From the sequence record SRR22947727_844: a stretch of DNA of 44,663 bases, one strand, 5' to 3'. The first letter of the stretch is position 1, and every line of letters begins with the position of its first letter. The notes beneath the pieces are model-generated. The model saw only the letters and a list, made by a program, of their open reading frames with translations. It was not told the origin of the DNA and searched no databases. Positions 1-9,210 of this stretch are shown piece after piece. Position numbers and translations under genes: made by a program.

Positions 1-305
1 GATGAGCTTTTTCATCGCCGCATTCGCTTTCGGCGTCCGACGTGCCCGCAGTGAGACTGCCTACTTTTTTTCGGTGCCAGCACCCGATCGATCTGCGCCG
101 CGCTAATCATCATCACTTCCGCTTTTAACTCCGGCGAAAGATCTCGACCAAGCTTTCGTTCATACGACGCAATCCAGTCCTTGAGCATTGGGCGAAGGCG
201 TTTCCCGCACGGTTGTTCGGCGGCTTTCCAAATCGTAAAAAGAACCTCGGCAGCTTCGTCGCTATAGATTTTTTTTCGCCCTCGTTTTTTCGGTTTGGAG
301 CCATC
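1..305 (-). pseudogene. Transposase remnant (DDE integrase-type, ISNCY-like), frameshifted
   Basis: Manual minus-strand translation gives KKRGRKKIYSDEAAEVLFTIWKAAEQPCGKRLRPMLKDWIASYERKLG...ISAAQIDRVLAPKK, resembling the N-terminal half of ISNCY-type transposases. The frame breaks near an A7 run (top strand 65-71); another frame continues RRTPKANAAMKKLI off the window edge. Confidence 0.65.
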
Positions 306-340
306 GCAACGATTCGGCCCCCGCGGCGCTTTGAGCAGCG

Positions 341-664
341 CGACGTGGATGAGTCAAGCGCGGCAAAGCGCTCAACCTACTCATCCGCCTCGAAGATCGC
401 TACGAGGAGATCATGGGGTTCTTCGAGTACGAAGACGTGCCCTTTGACAACAACCAGGCCGAGCGAGACTTGCGCATGATGAAAACCCGCGAGAAAATCA
501 GCAGCACCCTCCGCAGCGAGGATCACGCAACGCTATTTGCTGACATCCGCAGCGTCATCTCCACGGTGCGCAAGCAATCGTGCAACCTGCTTGACACGCT
601 CGGTGAAATGCTTCGCACCCCCGGCCAATTGGGCGACTCGCTCGTCGACGGGGCAAAGAACTGA
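341..664 (+). pseudogene. IS66-family transposase C-terminal fragment
   Basis: Motif VPFDNNQAERDLRMMK..KIS. The same frame extends upstream as RRG*VKRGKALNLLIRLEDRYEEIMGFF with an in-frame TGA at 350-352. The N-terminal part is absent. Confidence 0.8.
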
Positions 665-868
665 AGCGACTCTTCCGCCCTTGTCTCACGCGATGAGACT
701 CAATATGGTCCGAAGGACCTGAATAGTTGCTTTTTATGAGGCAATGGGCCTCAACATCCGGATCAGTGATTTTCGCTTCGGTGGCTCTTTTTATGAGGCA
801 ACGGCTATCGGATCGTGGAAAAGCGTTTTCTTGCAAATTGGCTGCAAGTGCGCAAGATGCCTCCCGCC

Positions 869-1684
869 ATGCTGGAGGGTAAAAAAATCGCAATCGTCAT
901 GCCTGGTTATTTCGCTGAGAAAACCTTGGAGAAGACGGTGAATGACATTCCAAAAGACATCGCGGATTTTATTATCCTGAGCGATGACTGTTCGAAGGAC
1001 CGCACGGTCGAAGTCGCGAAGGAGCTCGGAATCGAGGTTCACGTCAATAATCCGAATCTCGGTTACGGCGGCAATGTGAAGCAGTGCCTGCAATACGGGC
1101 TGGATTCAGGGGCGGACATCATTATTCAGCTGCACCCGGATTATCAGTACACCCCGAAATTGATCCCGGCGATGGCGGGAATGCTCTTGCTGGAAGGTAC
1201 CTACGATTTGGTGTTGGGATCGCGCATTTCAGGCCGCGGCGCGCTTTCGGGCGGGATGCCGGTTTGGAAATATCTGGCAAACTGGGGGATCACGAACTTT
1301 ATGGATCTGTGTCTCGGACGACGCCACACGGAGTATCACACGGGCTATCGCGGCTACACGCGCAAACTACTGGAAGAGGTGAATTTCCACGCGCTGAGTG
1401 ATGATTTCATTTTCGACAACAACCTGCTCGTTGCCACAGTGGATAGGGGCTACGGGACGTGCGAGGTGACTTGCCCGACAGTCTACGAAGAAGACAGCAG
1501 CTCGATCAGTTTTCAAAAAGCGCTGAAATACGGCTTCCTTTGTCTGGGAATTTCGATCAAGCAATTTGGCCGGCGCTGGGTGCGAAAAGTTCGTGGCGAG
1601 GAATCGCGTTTGCTCCAACACGCGGCTTTTTCTCACACGAAGAGACCTAAAGGAGAGGATTCCAATTCTTCTGAAAACGACTAA
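869..1684 (+). CDS. Glycosyltransferase family 2 (DPM1-like)
   Basis: IAIVMPGY, ILSDDCSKDRT, NLGYGG, LHPDYQY, DLVLGSR, EYHTGYR. Start could also be 857 or 815. Confidence 0.9.
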   Translation: MLEGKKIAIVMPGYFAEKTLEKTVNDIPKDIADFIILSDDCSKDRTVEVAKELGIEVHVNNPNLGYGGNVKQCLQYGLDSGADIIIQLHPDYQYTPKLIPAMAGMLLLEGTYDLVLGSRISGRGALSGGMPVWKYLANWGITNFMDLCLGRRHTEYHTGYRGYTRKLLEEVNFHALSDDFIFDNNLLVATVDRGYGTCEVTCPTVYEEDSSSISFQKALKYGFLCLGISIKQFGRRWVRKVRGEESRLLQHAAFSHTKRPKGEDSNSSEND

Positions 1685-1693
1685 AATAGTAAT

Positions 1694-3049
1694 GTGACTG
1701 AAGGTGTTGAAAATCCCCCATCGAATTTTACCGGAATCTTAAAACGGCTCGGGCCGGGATTGATTCTGGCCGGTTCAATCGTCGGGTCCGGCGAGTTGGT
1801 TGCGACAACGCGCACGGGAGCTGAGGCGGGTTTCACCCTGCTGTGGCTGATCATTGTCGGCTGTGTTCTGAAGGTGTTTTGTCAGATCGAGATTTCGCGT
1901 CACTGCATCGTCAATCGTGAAACAACGATTTCGGCGCTACTGCGGATTCCGAAATTCGGAAAATTTGTCGCCTGGTTTTGGTTCATCACGTTTTTAAGCG
2001 GGCTAGGGCAGCTCGGCGGAATTGTCGGGGGCGTCGGACAAGCGCTCGAAATCACGGCACCGATTTTCGGCGAACACAGCGCGAAGTGGTGGGCGGCGAT
2101 TGTAACTGCCGTGACAGTCGTGATGCTGGCACGTGGCGGTTTTACATTCATCGAAATCTTCTGCACAGTGCTGGTGGGTGCGTTCACAATCATTACCGTT
2201 GGCAATCTCTTCGCCCTGCAAACGAAGCCGGAATGGGCCATTTCAGGCGAGGAACTGGCCAGCGGCCTGACCTTTAGCCTGCCCGGAGTGGATGGAGCGT
2301 TGCTGACGGCGTTGGCAACGTTCGGCATTATCGGAGTCGGCGCAGCGGAGTTGGTGGCGTATCCGTATTGGTGCCTCGAAAAAGGCTACGGACGCTGGAT
2401 CGGGCCTCGGGATGGTTCACCTGAATGGCTGAAACGGGCGCGTGGTTGGATCGGAATTTTGAAAATCGACGCGTGGGGTTCCATGGTTGTCTACACGCTA
2501 AGCACGGTGGCTTTTTACCTGCTCGGCGCAGCGGTTTTGAATCGAGCCGGCATTCTACCCGAAAGAGAGGAAATGATCAGCAAACTCGCGGCGATGTATG
2601 AGCCGGTCTTCGGCGACACCGGCAGGCTCGTGCTGTTGGTCGGTGCCTTTGCGGTGTTGTTTTCGACGTTTTTTGTCTCGAACGCAACGAAATCGCGTTT
2701 GATGACCGATGCGTTGCATGTCTTTAAAATCCGCAAACTGGCCGATGGCAACGAACGCACGAAATCGATTCGGTTTTTCGGCTGGTTGTTCCCCATTTTA
2801 TGTTTGGGGATTTATTTGATCTATCCGAGTCCCCTGAAGCTCGTGCTTTTCTCCGGCCTGATGCAGGCACTGCTGTTACCGCTGTTGAGCATCGCTGCGT
2901 TGTATTTCCGCTTTCAGGTTCGTGATCCCGAATTGAAACCGAGTCGGCTCTGGGATGCGTTTTTGATCCTCTCGACCATCGCGTTCTGGATCGTAGGCAT
3001 CTATTTGGTGTGGACTAAGGGTGGGCAGCTGTGGGCGGCTTTGTTTTAG
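1694..3049 (+). CDS. Nramp-like (APC superfamily) membrane transporter
   Basis: LGPGLILAGSIVGSGEL...GFTLLW N-terminal motif and about 11 hydrophobic segments. Confidence 0.75.
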   Translation: MTEGVENPPSNFTGILKRLGPGLILAGSIVGSGELVATTRTGAEAGFTLLWLIIVGCVLKVFCQIEISRHCIVNRETTISALLRIPKFGKFVAWFWFITFLSGLGQLGGIVGGVGQALEITAPIFGEHSAKWWAAIVTAVTVVMLARGGFTFIEIFCTVLVGAFTIITVGNLFALQTKPEWAISGEELASGLTFSLPGVDGALLTALATFGIIGVGAAELVAYPYWCLEKGYGRWIGPRDGSPEWLKRARGWIGILKIDAWGSMVVYTLSTVAFYLLGAAVLNRAGILPEREEMISKLAAMYEPVFGDTGRLVLLVGAFAVLFSTFFVSNATKSRLMTDALHVFKIRKLADGNERTKSIRFFGWLFPILCLGIYLIYPSPLKLVLFSGLMQALLLPLLSIAALYFRFQVRDPELKPSRLWDAFLILSTIAFWIVGIYLVWTKGGQLWAALF

Positions 3050-3090
3050 AACGGAGTTGAGAATCCAGCACACCAACGTATTCTCACTAT

Positions 3091-3500
3091 GAACAAATCG
3101 GAGATGATCGCTTGTTCCTTCGGGAGTGAGAGGAAAGTCCGAACACCGCAAGGCAGTGTGCCCGATGAAAGTTGGGGCGGCATTTGGCGAAAGCCGGTGT
3201 CGACAGATAGTGTCGCAGAAATTAAACCGCCCCACCGATTCGTCGGTGACGGTAAGGGTGAAATGGCGAGGTAAGAGCTCACCGCCCCGGAGGTAACGAC
3301 GGGGGCAAAGAAAAACCTCTCACGGTGCAAGACATAACAGAACAAACGGGTTGCCTGCCCGGTTCCGCTTCGGCGGTATGAGTTCGGGTAATAGTCGCAC
3401 CCCGCTTGCGGGGAATTGGTCTTCGGATCAGTTAGATAAATGATCGTCCGTTGCCCACTTCGGTGGGTGGCGAACAAAATTCGGCTTACGGGATTTGTTC
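3091..3500 (+). ncRNA. rnpB: RNase P RNA, bacterial type A
   Basis: Conserved GAGGAAAGTCC (3130-3140), GGGTGAAATGGCGAGGTAAGAGCTCACCG, AGATAAATGATC and ACAAAATTCGGCTTAC. The ends GAACAAATC / GATTTGTTC pair as helix P1. Confidence 0.95.
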
Positions 3501-3541
3501 ACCTTTTTTAGAATGAAAAAAATGACCCTGATGGGAATGAG

Positions 3542-4061
3542 ATAGCCGCAAAAAAGCGCAAAATGCACAAAAAATTACGATCAAAGATCGTGGGAAAGGG
3601 CGTATTTTTTTATGTAAAGACCAGGTGCTCCGAAGTTGATTAGAAGCTCGTGCTCGATGCCTGATGAACGGAGATAGCCGGGTAATTGAGCGGTGTGTTC
3701 CTTTGTAGTGATTTTAACTGCCTTCAGCTCAACGAGAAGGCAATCTTCGATGAACAAGTCTGCATAGAAATCACCAAGCAGTGTTCCGTCTTCATCAAAA
3801 ATCGGGAGTGGATGCTGTCGCTCGACTTTCAGCCCCAATTTTGTCAGCCGGTGTTTCAATCCGTTCTCATATACTTTCTCCAAATGGCCATGACGGAGAT
3901 ACGACTGGAGTGCGAAGCTCGTCTCACGAATGATGTCGCATAGCTCAAAGACGGAAGTATATGGCTTGTCCATGCCAATGGTTATGGCCGCTGGCCGCAA
4001 AAAAGTAGAGGCAAAAAATATCTACCTCCTTTTTGCGTATTTTGCGCTTTTTTGCGGCTAT
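3542..4061. mobile_element. Putative mobile cassette: GxxExxY nuclease gene bounded by 32-bp inverted repeats
   Basis: 3542-3573 (ATAGCCGCAAAAAAGCGCAAAATGCACAAAAA) matches the reverse complement of 4030-4061 at 30/32. A third partial copy lies at 3994-4018. Mobility is inferred; no target-site duplication is seen. Confidence 0.55.
3581..3973 (-). CDS. GxxExxY protein (PD-(D/E)XK nuclease superfamily)
   Basis: GHLEKVYENGL signature, YADLFIED..LVELKAV, AQL..YL....LLINFG. ATG at 3973 preferred over the ORF-track start at 4000, which lies inside the repeat. Confidence 0.9.
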   Translation of the reverse strand: MDKPYTSVFELCDIIRETSFALQSYLRHGHLEKVYENGLKHRLTKLGLKVERQHPLPIFDEDGTLLGDFYADLFIEDCLLVELKAVKITTKEHTAQLPGYLRSSGIEHELLINFGAPGLYIKKYALSHDL

Positions 4062-4084
4062 AAACACGAAGCCGATCCGCTGCA

Positions 4085-4960
4085 TTACTTCACGTAAGCA
4101 GCGTTTCGAACGCCGTCTTCGCTGAGATTGCCGGTTGCCCAAAGCAAGCCGCGTGTCACAAGATCCATGTAGCGGTCATCCGCAACGGTATCGTTTTCGT
4201 GACCCAGACTGGTGCTGAAAATCTTGGTCTTCTTAGGACCGTATTCGTTGGTCCATACAACAACGGCATTTGCCTCTTTTGGCTTCGCATCAGGATTTGC
4301 CTTGAGTTCCTTTTTCCTTGGTGCCTGCATCTGCTTGCCTAATGCCACCGTTGTTGTGCCTTCGAAAATCTGAACATTGTTATACAGCTCTTCATTGATG
4401 GTCGTCCATGGCTTCATGCCTTTCGTGATTGGATTCTTAGGATCTGAAAATGTCACATCGATCGGTGTCTTGGGACCGTGGCTGGTGGACTGAATCCCAA
4501 TCATTTCATACCAACCTGCGTTGTCGTCGCCGAGATTTACAGGCTCTTTGAAGTTACCCCAGCGATAGCTGTGCATGGCGCAGTGGAGATTGATCGCAGG
4601 AACGCCGCCTTTGTGAGCATCGAGAATCCGATTCACATAATCTTTATCCATCACGCTTGCAGAACACTCATCGTGAATGACGAGGTCGTAGCCTTTTGCC
4701 CAATCTTTGGATTCATAAATAGGAAAGGTGGCATCGGTTTTTTTACTGGGATTAAACTCGATCGTCACCTCTGCATTGAGTCGCTGCTCAATGCCGGCTT
4801 TCAACAATTTCGACTGGGTTTCGTAGTCGTGACAGCAACCGCCGGCGACGACGAGCACTTTCAAAGTCTCAGCTTTTTTGTCTGAGTCCTGCGCAATCGC
4901 CAGCCCAAAAACGGCCGCGAGAATTGAAACAGGGAGAATGGTTTTAAGGAGATTTTTCAC
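4085..4960 (-). CDS. Secreted ThuA-like domain protein
   Basis: Signal peptide, GGCCHDY, LHCAMHSY, NEELY, FSTSLGH, RGLLWA. Confidence 0.8.
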   Translation of the reverse strand: MKNLLKTILPVSILAAVFGLAIAQDSDKKAETLKVLVVAGGCCHDYETQSKLLKAGIEQRLNAEVTIEFNPSKKTDATFPIYESKDWAKGYDLVIHDECSASVMDKDYVNRILDAHKGGVPAINLHCAMHSYRWGNFKEPVNLGDDNAGWYEMIGIQSTSHGPKTPIDVTFSDPKNPITKGMKPWTTINEELYNNVQIFEGTTTVALGKQMQAPRKKELKANPDAKPKEANAVVVWTNEYGPKKTKIFSTSLGHENDTVADDRYMDLVTRGLLWATGNLSEDGVRNAAYVK

Positions 4961-5065
4961 AAGATTAGAAATTAAAATGAATCTAAGTAGCCTCTTTTTT
5001 TAATCGGAAACGGGATCAGAAACAAGTCTTTAGCCCAACACGCCCAGGGGATCGCGGAGTTTCTC

Positions 5066-6202
5066 TCAGCAATAAACCCGCTTCACACGTCTCGTCAGAC
5101 TGGTGAGAATTTCCCAAGGAATCGTGCCTGCTTTTTCTGCAAATTCCGCCGTGGAAATTGACTCCGCTCCTTGATTTCCAATTAAAACGGCTTCGTCCCC
5201 GGATTGAACCTCGTCACTATCGAGCGCAGAAACATCGACGACAATTTGATCCATCGTCACCCGACCGATCAACGGACATCGTTTTCCTCCGATGAGAACT
5301 TCGATGCCTGAACCGGACAGTGATCGCGGGTAGCCATCGCCATAACCAGCTGCCAGTGTAGCCACGCGCATCTTTTTATCCGCAATAAAAGTCCTGCCGT
5401 AACTCACTGAAGCACCCGAATTTAATTCGCGGACGAGCGTAACGCGAGCCTTCAACGTGAGTGCGCGCTTCAAACCGGTTGGGATCTCGGGGAGCGGTGA
5501 AATCCCATAAATCGCAAGTCCGGGACGAATCAACGCAGCCTGAGGCATTTTTTTCTGAAACCCAATAACGCCAGCAGAGTTGGCGAGATGGAAATGACAT
5601 CCATCAGGAATTTCAAGCGAAGCCACGATTTGATTAAATGAATCAATTTGTCGATTCGTAAACTCAGCATCTTCATCAGCAGAAGGAAAATGCGTCGCGA
5701 TTCCTTCCAATTGCAGCTCAGAATGCTGCCCGATCGCATCGATTAAAGCGCCGATTTCACGCTCCCCAATTCCCATTCGACCCATGCCGGTATCGACAAC
5801 GGCATGCAATCGCGCCGATTGGGACAACTCTTTTGCCACCCGAGCATAGGCTTCTACTTCTTCAAAAGAGGATACGGTTCCGGAAAATCCATGGGCAACA
5901 ATGGCAGTGCGCTCGGCGTCGCAGGCGGCAGCGCTCAAAACCAGAATCCCATCAAACTCGCCAATCGTATCTCCCAATCGAAGCGCTTCCTCGACATTGG
6001 CGACGCCAAACCACGAGATTCCCACTTCCGCCAAGACGCGACCCACTTTTTCCAACCCGTGCCCGTAGCCGTCCGCTTTTACAATTGCCATGACATCGCA
6101 CTTCTCGCCCGCAAGGGCCCGCAAAACGTTCGCGTTTTGGCGAAGCGCAGCGCAATCGATTTCCGCCCAACAACGTGGCGGTGGCAATGGGATGGAGGGC
6201 AT
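5066..6202 (-). CDS. alr: Alanine racemase
   Basis: AIVKADGYGHG (PLP lysine), DTGMGRMG, HLANSA, RPGLAIYG, GYGDGYPR, GRVTMDQ. Confidence 0.97.
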   Translation of the reverse strand: MPSIPLPPPRCWAEIDCAALRQNANVLRALAGEKCDVMAIVKADGYGHGLEKVGRVLAEVGISWFGVANVEEALRLGDTIGEFDGILVLSAAACDAERTAIVAHGFSGTVSSFEEVEAYARVAKELSQSARLHAVVDTGMGRMGIGEREIGALIDAIGQHSELQLEGIATHFPSADEDAEFTNRQIDSFNQIVASLEIPDGCHFHLANSAGVIGFQKKMPQAALIRPGLAIYGISPLPEIPTGLKRALTLKARVTLVRELNSGASVSYGRTFIADKKMRVATLAAGYGDGYPRSLSGSGIEVLIGGKRCPLIGRVTMDQIVVDVSALDSDEVQSGDEAVLIGNQGAESISTAEFAEKAGTIPWEILTSLTRRVKRVYC

Positions 6203-6288
6203 AAATGAGTAATGTGCTGTATTTTTTTGAACGTGCCACTTTTCCCCGCACTTTACGATGCGACGTTATTAATAGAATTTTCCTAAAA

Positions 6289-6582
6289 ATGGACCTCAGC
6301 ACCAATTTCAATCGGCTCCGCCTTTCATCGATCCTCGATGGAATTTCCTATATCATTCTGCTCGGCATTGCGATGCCACTGAAATACCTCGCAGGTATGC
6401 CGATGGCCGTTCGGATCGTCGGGATGCTCCACGGCGTCTTCTTTCTCGCGCTTTGTTTGTTTCTCTTGCTCGCCCTCATCGAGAAAAAACTGTCGTTCAA
6501 ATGGTGCGTCATAGTCTTTCTTTGTGCCCTGATTCCGTTTGCTCCATTTTTCCTCGATCGAAAATTAGCGAAAAAAGCGTGA
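6289..6582 (+). CDS. DUF3817 family small membrane protein
   Basis: GISYIILLGIAMPLKY, VGMLHGVFF, ALIPFAPF. Confidence 0.85.
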   Translation: MDLSTNFNRLRLSSILDGISYIILLGIAMPLKYLAGMPMAVRIVGMLHGVFFLALCLFLLLALIEKKLSFKWCVIVFLCALIPFAPFFLDRKLAKKA

Positions 6583-6660
6583 CGTTTTACCAGTTCGTTG
6601 CTGTCATATAAGACAAGTTCGTTTAAAAAAGAGCTCTCCTTTTAGTCAAATTTCAGATTC

Positions 6661-9096
6661 ATGGATATCCGCCCCGAAGATTACGAAACCCTGGGCCAAT
6701 TTTATCTGGGACGTGAATACGACCCGGGTGAAAAAGAACTGAAGGACGATTTAGTCCTTTATGATTCAAAAGATCTGGTGACTCACGGCGTTTGCCTCGG
6801 CATGACCGGCTCGGGTAAAACGGGTCTCTGCATCGGCATTCTCGAAGAAGCGGCGATGGATAATATTCCCGCGATCATCATCGATCCGAAGGGTGACATC
6901 GCGAACTTGTTACTGACGTTTCCAGATCTCGCCCCGGAAGATTTTCGCCCCTGGATCAACGAAGGCGATGCCACCAAAAAGGGGATTACTCCCGACGAAC
7001 ATGCCGCAAAACAAGCTGCCCTTTGGAAAAAAGGCCTCGGCGAATGGGGGCAGACCCCGGATCGAATCCGTTCGTTTCGCGATAAAGTCGACATGGCGGT
7101 CTACACGCCGGGATCAAGTGCCGGTCTGCCGGTTTCAATTTTAAGTTCGCTCGACGTGCCGGAGTTTGAAATTTTGGACGATGCTGAAATGTTGGGTGAA
7201 CGCATCGAGTCCACCGTTTCCAGCCTCCTCTCGCTCGTCGGAGTGGATGCCGATCCGATTCAAGATCCCGAGCACATTTTACTTTCGAATATCTTCGCCC
7301 ACTCATGGCATGCCGGACAAGGCGTGACGCTGGAATCGCTCATCAATTCTATTCAGGTGCCGCCGTTTGATAAAATCGGCGTGATGGCTCTCGACACGGT
7401 TTGTCCTGAGAAGGATCGCCGTGGTCTCGCGATGAAAATGAATAACTTGCTCGCCTCCCCCGGCTTTTCGAGCTGGTTGAAAGGAGAGCCCCTCGATATC
7501 AAGCGGATGTTGCACACGCCTGAAGGCAAGCCGCGCATCTCGATTTTCTCGATCGCTCATCTCAGCGATTCCGAACGGATGTTTTTCGTTTCACTCCTGT
7601 TGAATCAGATGATGGGCTGGATGCGTTCGCAGTCAGGAACCACGAGTTTGCGGGCGCTGCTCTACATGGACGAAATATACGGTTACCTGCCACCAACGGC
7701 GAATCCTCCGTCCAAAAAACCAATGATGACGATGCTGAAACAGGCACGTGCCTTTGGTCTCGGCATTCTTTTAGCAACACAAAACCCGGTCGATCTCGAC
7801 TACAAAGCGCTTTCGAATATCGGAACGTGGTGGCTCGGTCGTCTCCAAACAGAACGCGATAAAGCGCGAGTTCTCGACGGCCTCGAAGGCGCCGCCTCAG
7901 ACAACGCGGTTGGCTTTGATCGCAACAAAATGGAACAGCTCCTCGCCGGACTCGGCAGCCGAGTGTTCCTGCAAAACAACGTTCACGAAAGTGGCCCGAT
8001 CGTTTTTCACGTTCGTTGGGTGATGAGTTATCTGCGCGGACCGTTGGCACGTCGCCAAATCAAAAAGTTGATGGATCCGATTCGTAAAAAACGCGAAGCC
8101 ATCGCCGCAGCAGCTCCAGCGCCATCGGCGGAAGCACCTAAACCAAAGGCTCCCCAGCCGATGCGCCCTCGCCTTCCGAAAGGTGCTGATGAATATTTCA
8201 TGCCTGCCGGAGCCGGCGTTCCCGGTGAAGAAATTAACTACGTTCCTGCGGTGATTCGCGTCGGCGAAGTCCGGTATTCTGATTCGAAAAAAGGCATCAA
8301 CGGCACTGAGACTGTTTCGATGGTGAACAAGATCGATCCCGAATCGGGAGAGGTCGATTTTGATCAGGATCTCGAATTGCCGAATGGAATGACGTTCACC
8401 CAGCTCGGACGTGACCCGATTCAGGGAGCTGCATTTTCTCCGTTCCCTCAATCCTTGCTGGAAACCAAAGTGTGGACTGAGTTGAAAAAAGAACTCATCG
8501 ACACCCTTTACGGAACGCATTCACTAACCATTTTTAAAAGCCCTCTGACTGATCAGTATTCCAAAATTGGAGAGAAAGAGGGCGATTTCCGGGCACGCCT
8601 AGTCCATGCCGCTCACGAAATTCGTGACGAAAAAGTCGAGGAGCTTCGCGAAGGATTCGAGAAAAAGATCAAAACTATTGAAGGGCGAATTGACAAAGCG
8701 ATGGACAAAGTCGACGATCAAAAAGCACAAGCCAGCAGTGCGAAAATGGATACGGCGATGCGTATCGGCAGTTCAATTCTTGGAGCCATCATGGGCCGAC
8801 GCGTTGGAAGCAGCAGTCGCTCGGCGATGTCCGGAGCCAGCCGCGCATGGAAAGAAAGCCGCGATGTCTCGCGGGCCGAGGAACAAGTCGACGAGCTTCA
8901 GGATAACCTCGAAGCAATGGATCGCGAGTGCGAAGAGGCGATTGAAGAGTTGAAAGCCGAGATGGATCCAATGAATGAAAAACTCGAGGAACTTCGGTTA
9001 AATCCCCTCAAGAAAAACTGCGATGACAAAGCCGTCGGAGTTCTCTGGATGCCCTATCGCGTGAATCCGCAGCCTCAGCTAGGTGCTGCCTGGTAA
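6661..9096 (+). CDS. HerA/FtsK-like (DUF87-type) P-loop ATPase with C-terminal coiled coil
   Basis: Walker A GMTGSGKTG, IIIDPKGD, Walker B LLYMDE, ARAFGLGILLATQNP, Pro/Ala linker and heptad-rich tail. Confidence 0.8.
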   Translation: MDIRPEDYETLGQFYLGREYDPGEKELKDDLVLYDSKDLVTHGVCLGMTGSGKTGLCIGILEEAAMDNIPAIIIDPKGDIANLLLTFPDLAPEDFRPWINEGDATKKGITPDEHAAKQAALWKKGLGEWGQTPDRIRSFRDKVDMAVYTPGSSAGLPVSILSSLDVPEFEILDDAEMLGERIESTVSSLLSLVGVDADPIQDPEHILLSNIFAHSWHAGQGVTLESLINSIQVPPFDKIGVMALDTVCPEKDRRGLAMKMNNLLASPGFSSWLKGEPLDIKRMLHTPEGKPRISIFSIAHLSDSERMFFVSLLLNQMMGWMRSQSGTTSLRALLYMDEIYGYLPPTANPPSKKPMMTMLKQARAFGLGILLATQNPVDLDYKALSNIGTWWLGRLQTERDKARVLDGLEGAASDNAVGFDRNKMEQLLAGLGSRVFLQNNVHESGPIVFHVRWVMSYLRGPLARRQIKKLMDPIRKKREAIAAAAPAPSAEAPKPKAPQPMRPRLPKGADEYFMPAGAGVPGEEINYVPAVIRVGEVRYSDSKKGINGTETVSMVNKIDPESGEVDFDQDLELPNGMTFTQLGRDPIQGAAFSPFPQSLLETKVWTELKKELIDTLYGTHSLTIFKSPLTDQYSKIGEKEGDFRARLVHAAHEIRDEKVEELREGFEKKIKTIEGRIDKAMDKVDDQKAQASSAKMDTAMRIGSSILGAIMGRRVGSSSRSAMSGASRAWKESRDVSRAEEQVDELQDNLEAMDRECEEAIEELKAEMDPMNEKLEELRLNPLKKNCDDKAVGVLWMPYRVNPQPQLGAAW

Positions 9097-9135
9097 GCTG
9101 CCGCGAATATTGAGCTAAATCGGAGAAATGGATAA

Positions 9136-9158
9136 AAACATCGAGCAAGTCGATGTTT
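9136..9158. terminator. Possible terminator hairpin after the ATPase gene
   Basis: Perfect 9-bp inverted repeat AAACATCGA-gcaag-TCGATGTTT; the U-tail is weak. Confidence 0.35.
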
Positions 9159-9210
9159 GGCCTGTCGTTTTCAATTTACGGTGCAGCCGAATTGCTGAGA
9201 TCTTTGGTGT

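Noticed and set aside
213-479. 88-aa plus-strand ORF
   Set aside because: Spans the junction of two transposase remnants in a non-coding frame.
3046-3477. ORFs of 143 aa (-) and 61 aa (+)
   Set aside because: Shadow ORFs over the RNase P RNA gene.
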